From contig NC_068983.1 of the NCBI RefSeq assembly GCF_001194135.2, forward strand, positions 73,410,233 to 73,474,232: 64,000 nt of DNA, given 5' to 3'. A program made the translations under genes and the position numbers. This DNA comes from Octopus bimaculoides (Eukaryota). Below, one piece after another: positions 63,788 to 64,000 of the stretch. The notes beneath the pieces were generated by a model. That model saw nothing but the letters and a program-made list of their open reading frames with translations. It was not told where the DNA came from and did no database searches. How positions within the stretch are numbered: the stretch's first letter is position 1; each line of letters starts with the position of its first letter.

Positions 63788-63985
63788 TCATTATCATCGT
63801 TTAACGTTCACTTTTCCATGCTCGAACGGGTTTGACGGAATTTGTTGAGGCGGATTTTCTACGGCTAGATGTCCTTCTCGTCGCCATTCATCTCCTGTGT
63901 CCCAAGTAAGGTAATATTTCTCCACGACCAAATACGTCTTGGAAGACTGGAAATGAAGGACATTGCTTGCATGATGGTGATTGTA
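63788..63985 (-). mobile_element. Retroposon 3' end fragment (possibly an RTE-type tail)
   Basis: ATCATCGTTTAACGTTCACTTTTCCATG...GATGTCCTTCTCGTCGCCA resembles RTE-related tails from memory only. Confidence 0.3.
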
Positions 63986-64000
63986 ACACACACACACACA

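Overview
AT-rich, gap-ridden (many N runs) eukaryotic DNA that is saturated with microsatellites and transposon debris. I found no intact host protein-coding gene, rRNA, functional tRNA or CRISPR array; almost every ORF in the track is translated microsatellite or N-gap. The repeat landscape (tRNA-headed SINEs, dense CA/TA/GATA/TATG tracts, Penelope relics) looks like a coleoid cephalopod genome, probably Octopus. That is an inference from my recollection of these repeats, not a search result. Recognisable elements: an R4/Dong-like non-LTR retrotransposon with an inverted 5' part (1-1325); three Penelope-like relics (RT and/or GIY-YIG); a Helitron helicase C-terminus; a mariner transposase relic and a mariner MITE; an RTE LINE 3' end; three tRNA-derived SINE families (labelled A, B, C here); a long-TIR family carrying (TTAGGG)n; and unclassified families D, E and F. 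The best lead is a foldable type I hammerhead ribozyme on the minus strand (44833-44904), clamped by a perfect 13-bp outer helix, plus several decayed hammerhead-like motifs, some at Penelope ends. Other leads are twin-priming-like inversion geometry in an RLE-clade LINE, apparent serial SINE insertion at one target motif, a 255-bp foldback, and a CTCF-like site. Boundaries of decayed repeats were read by eye and are approximate.
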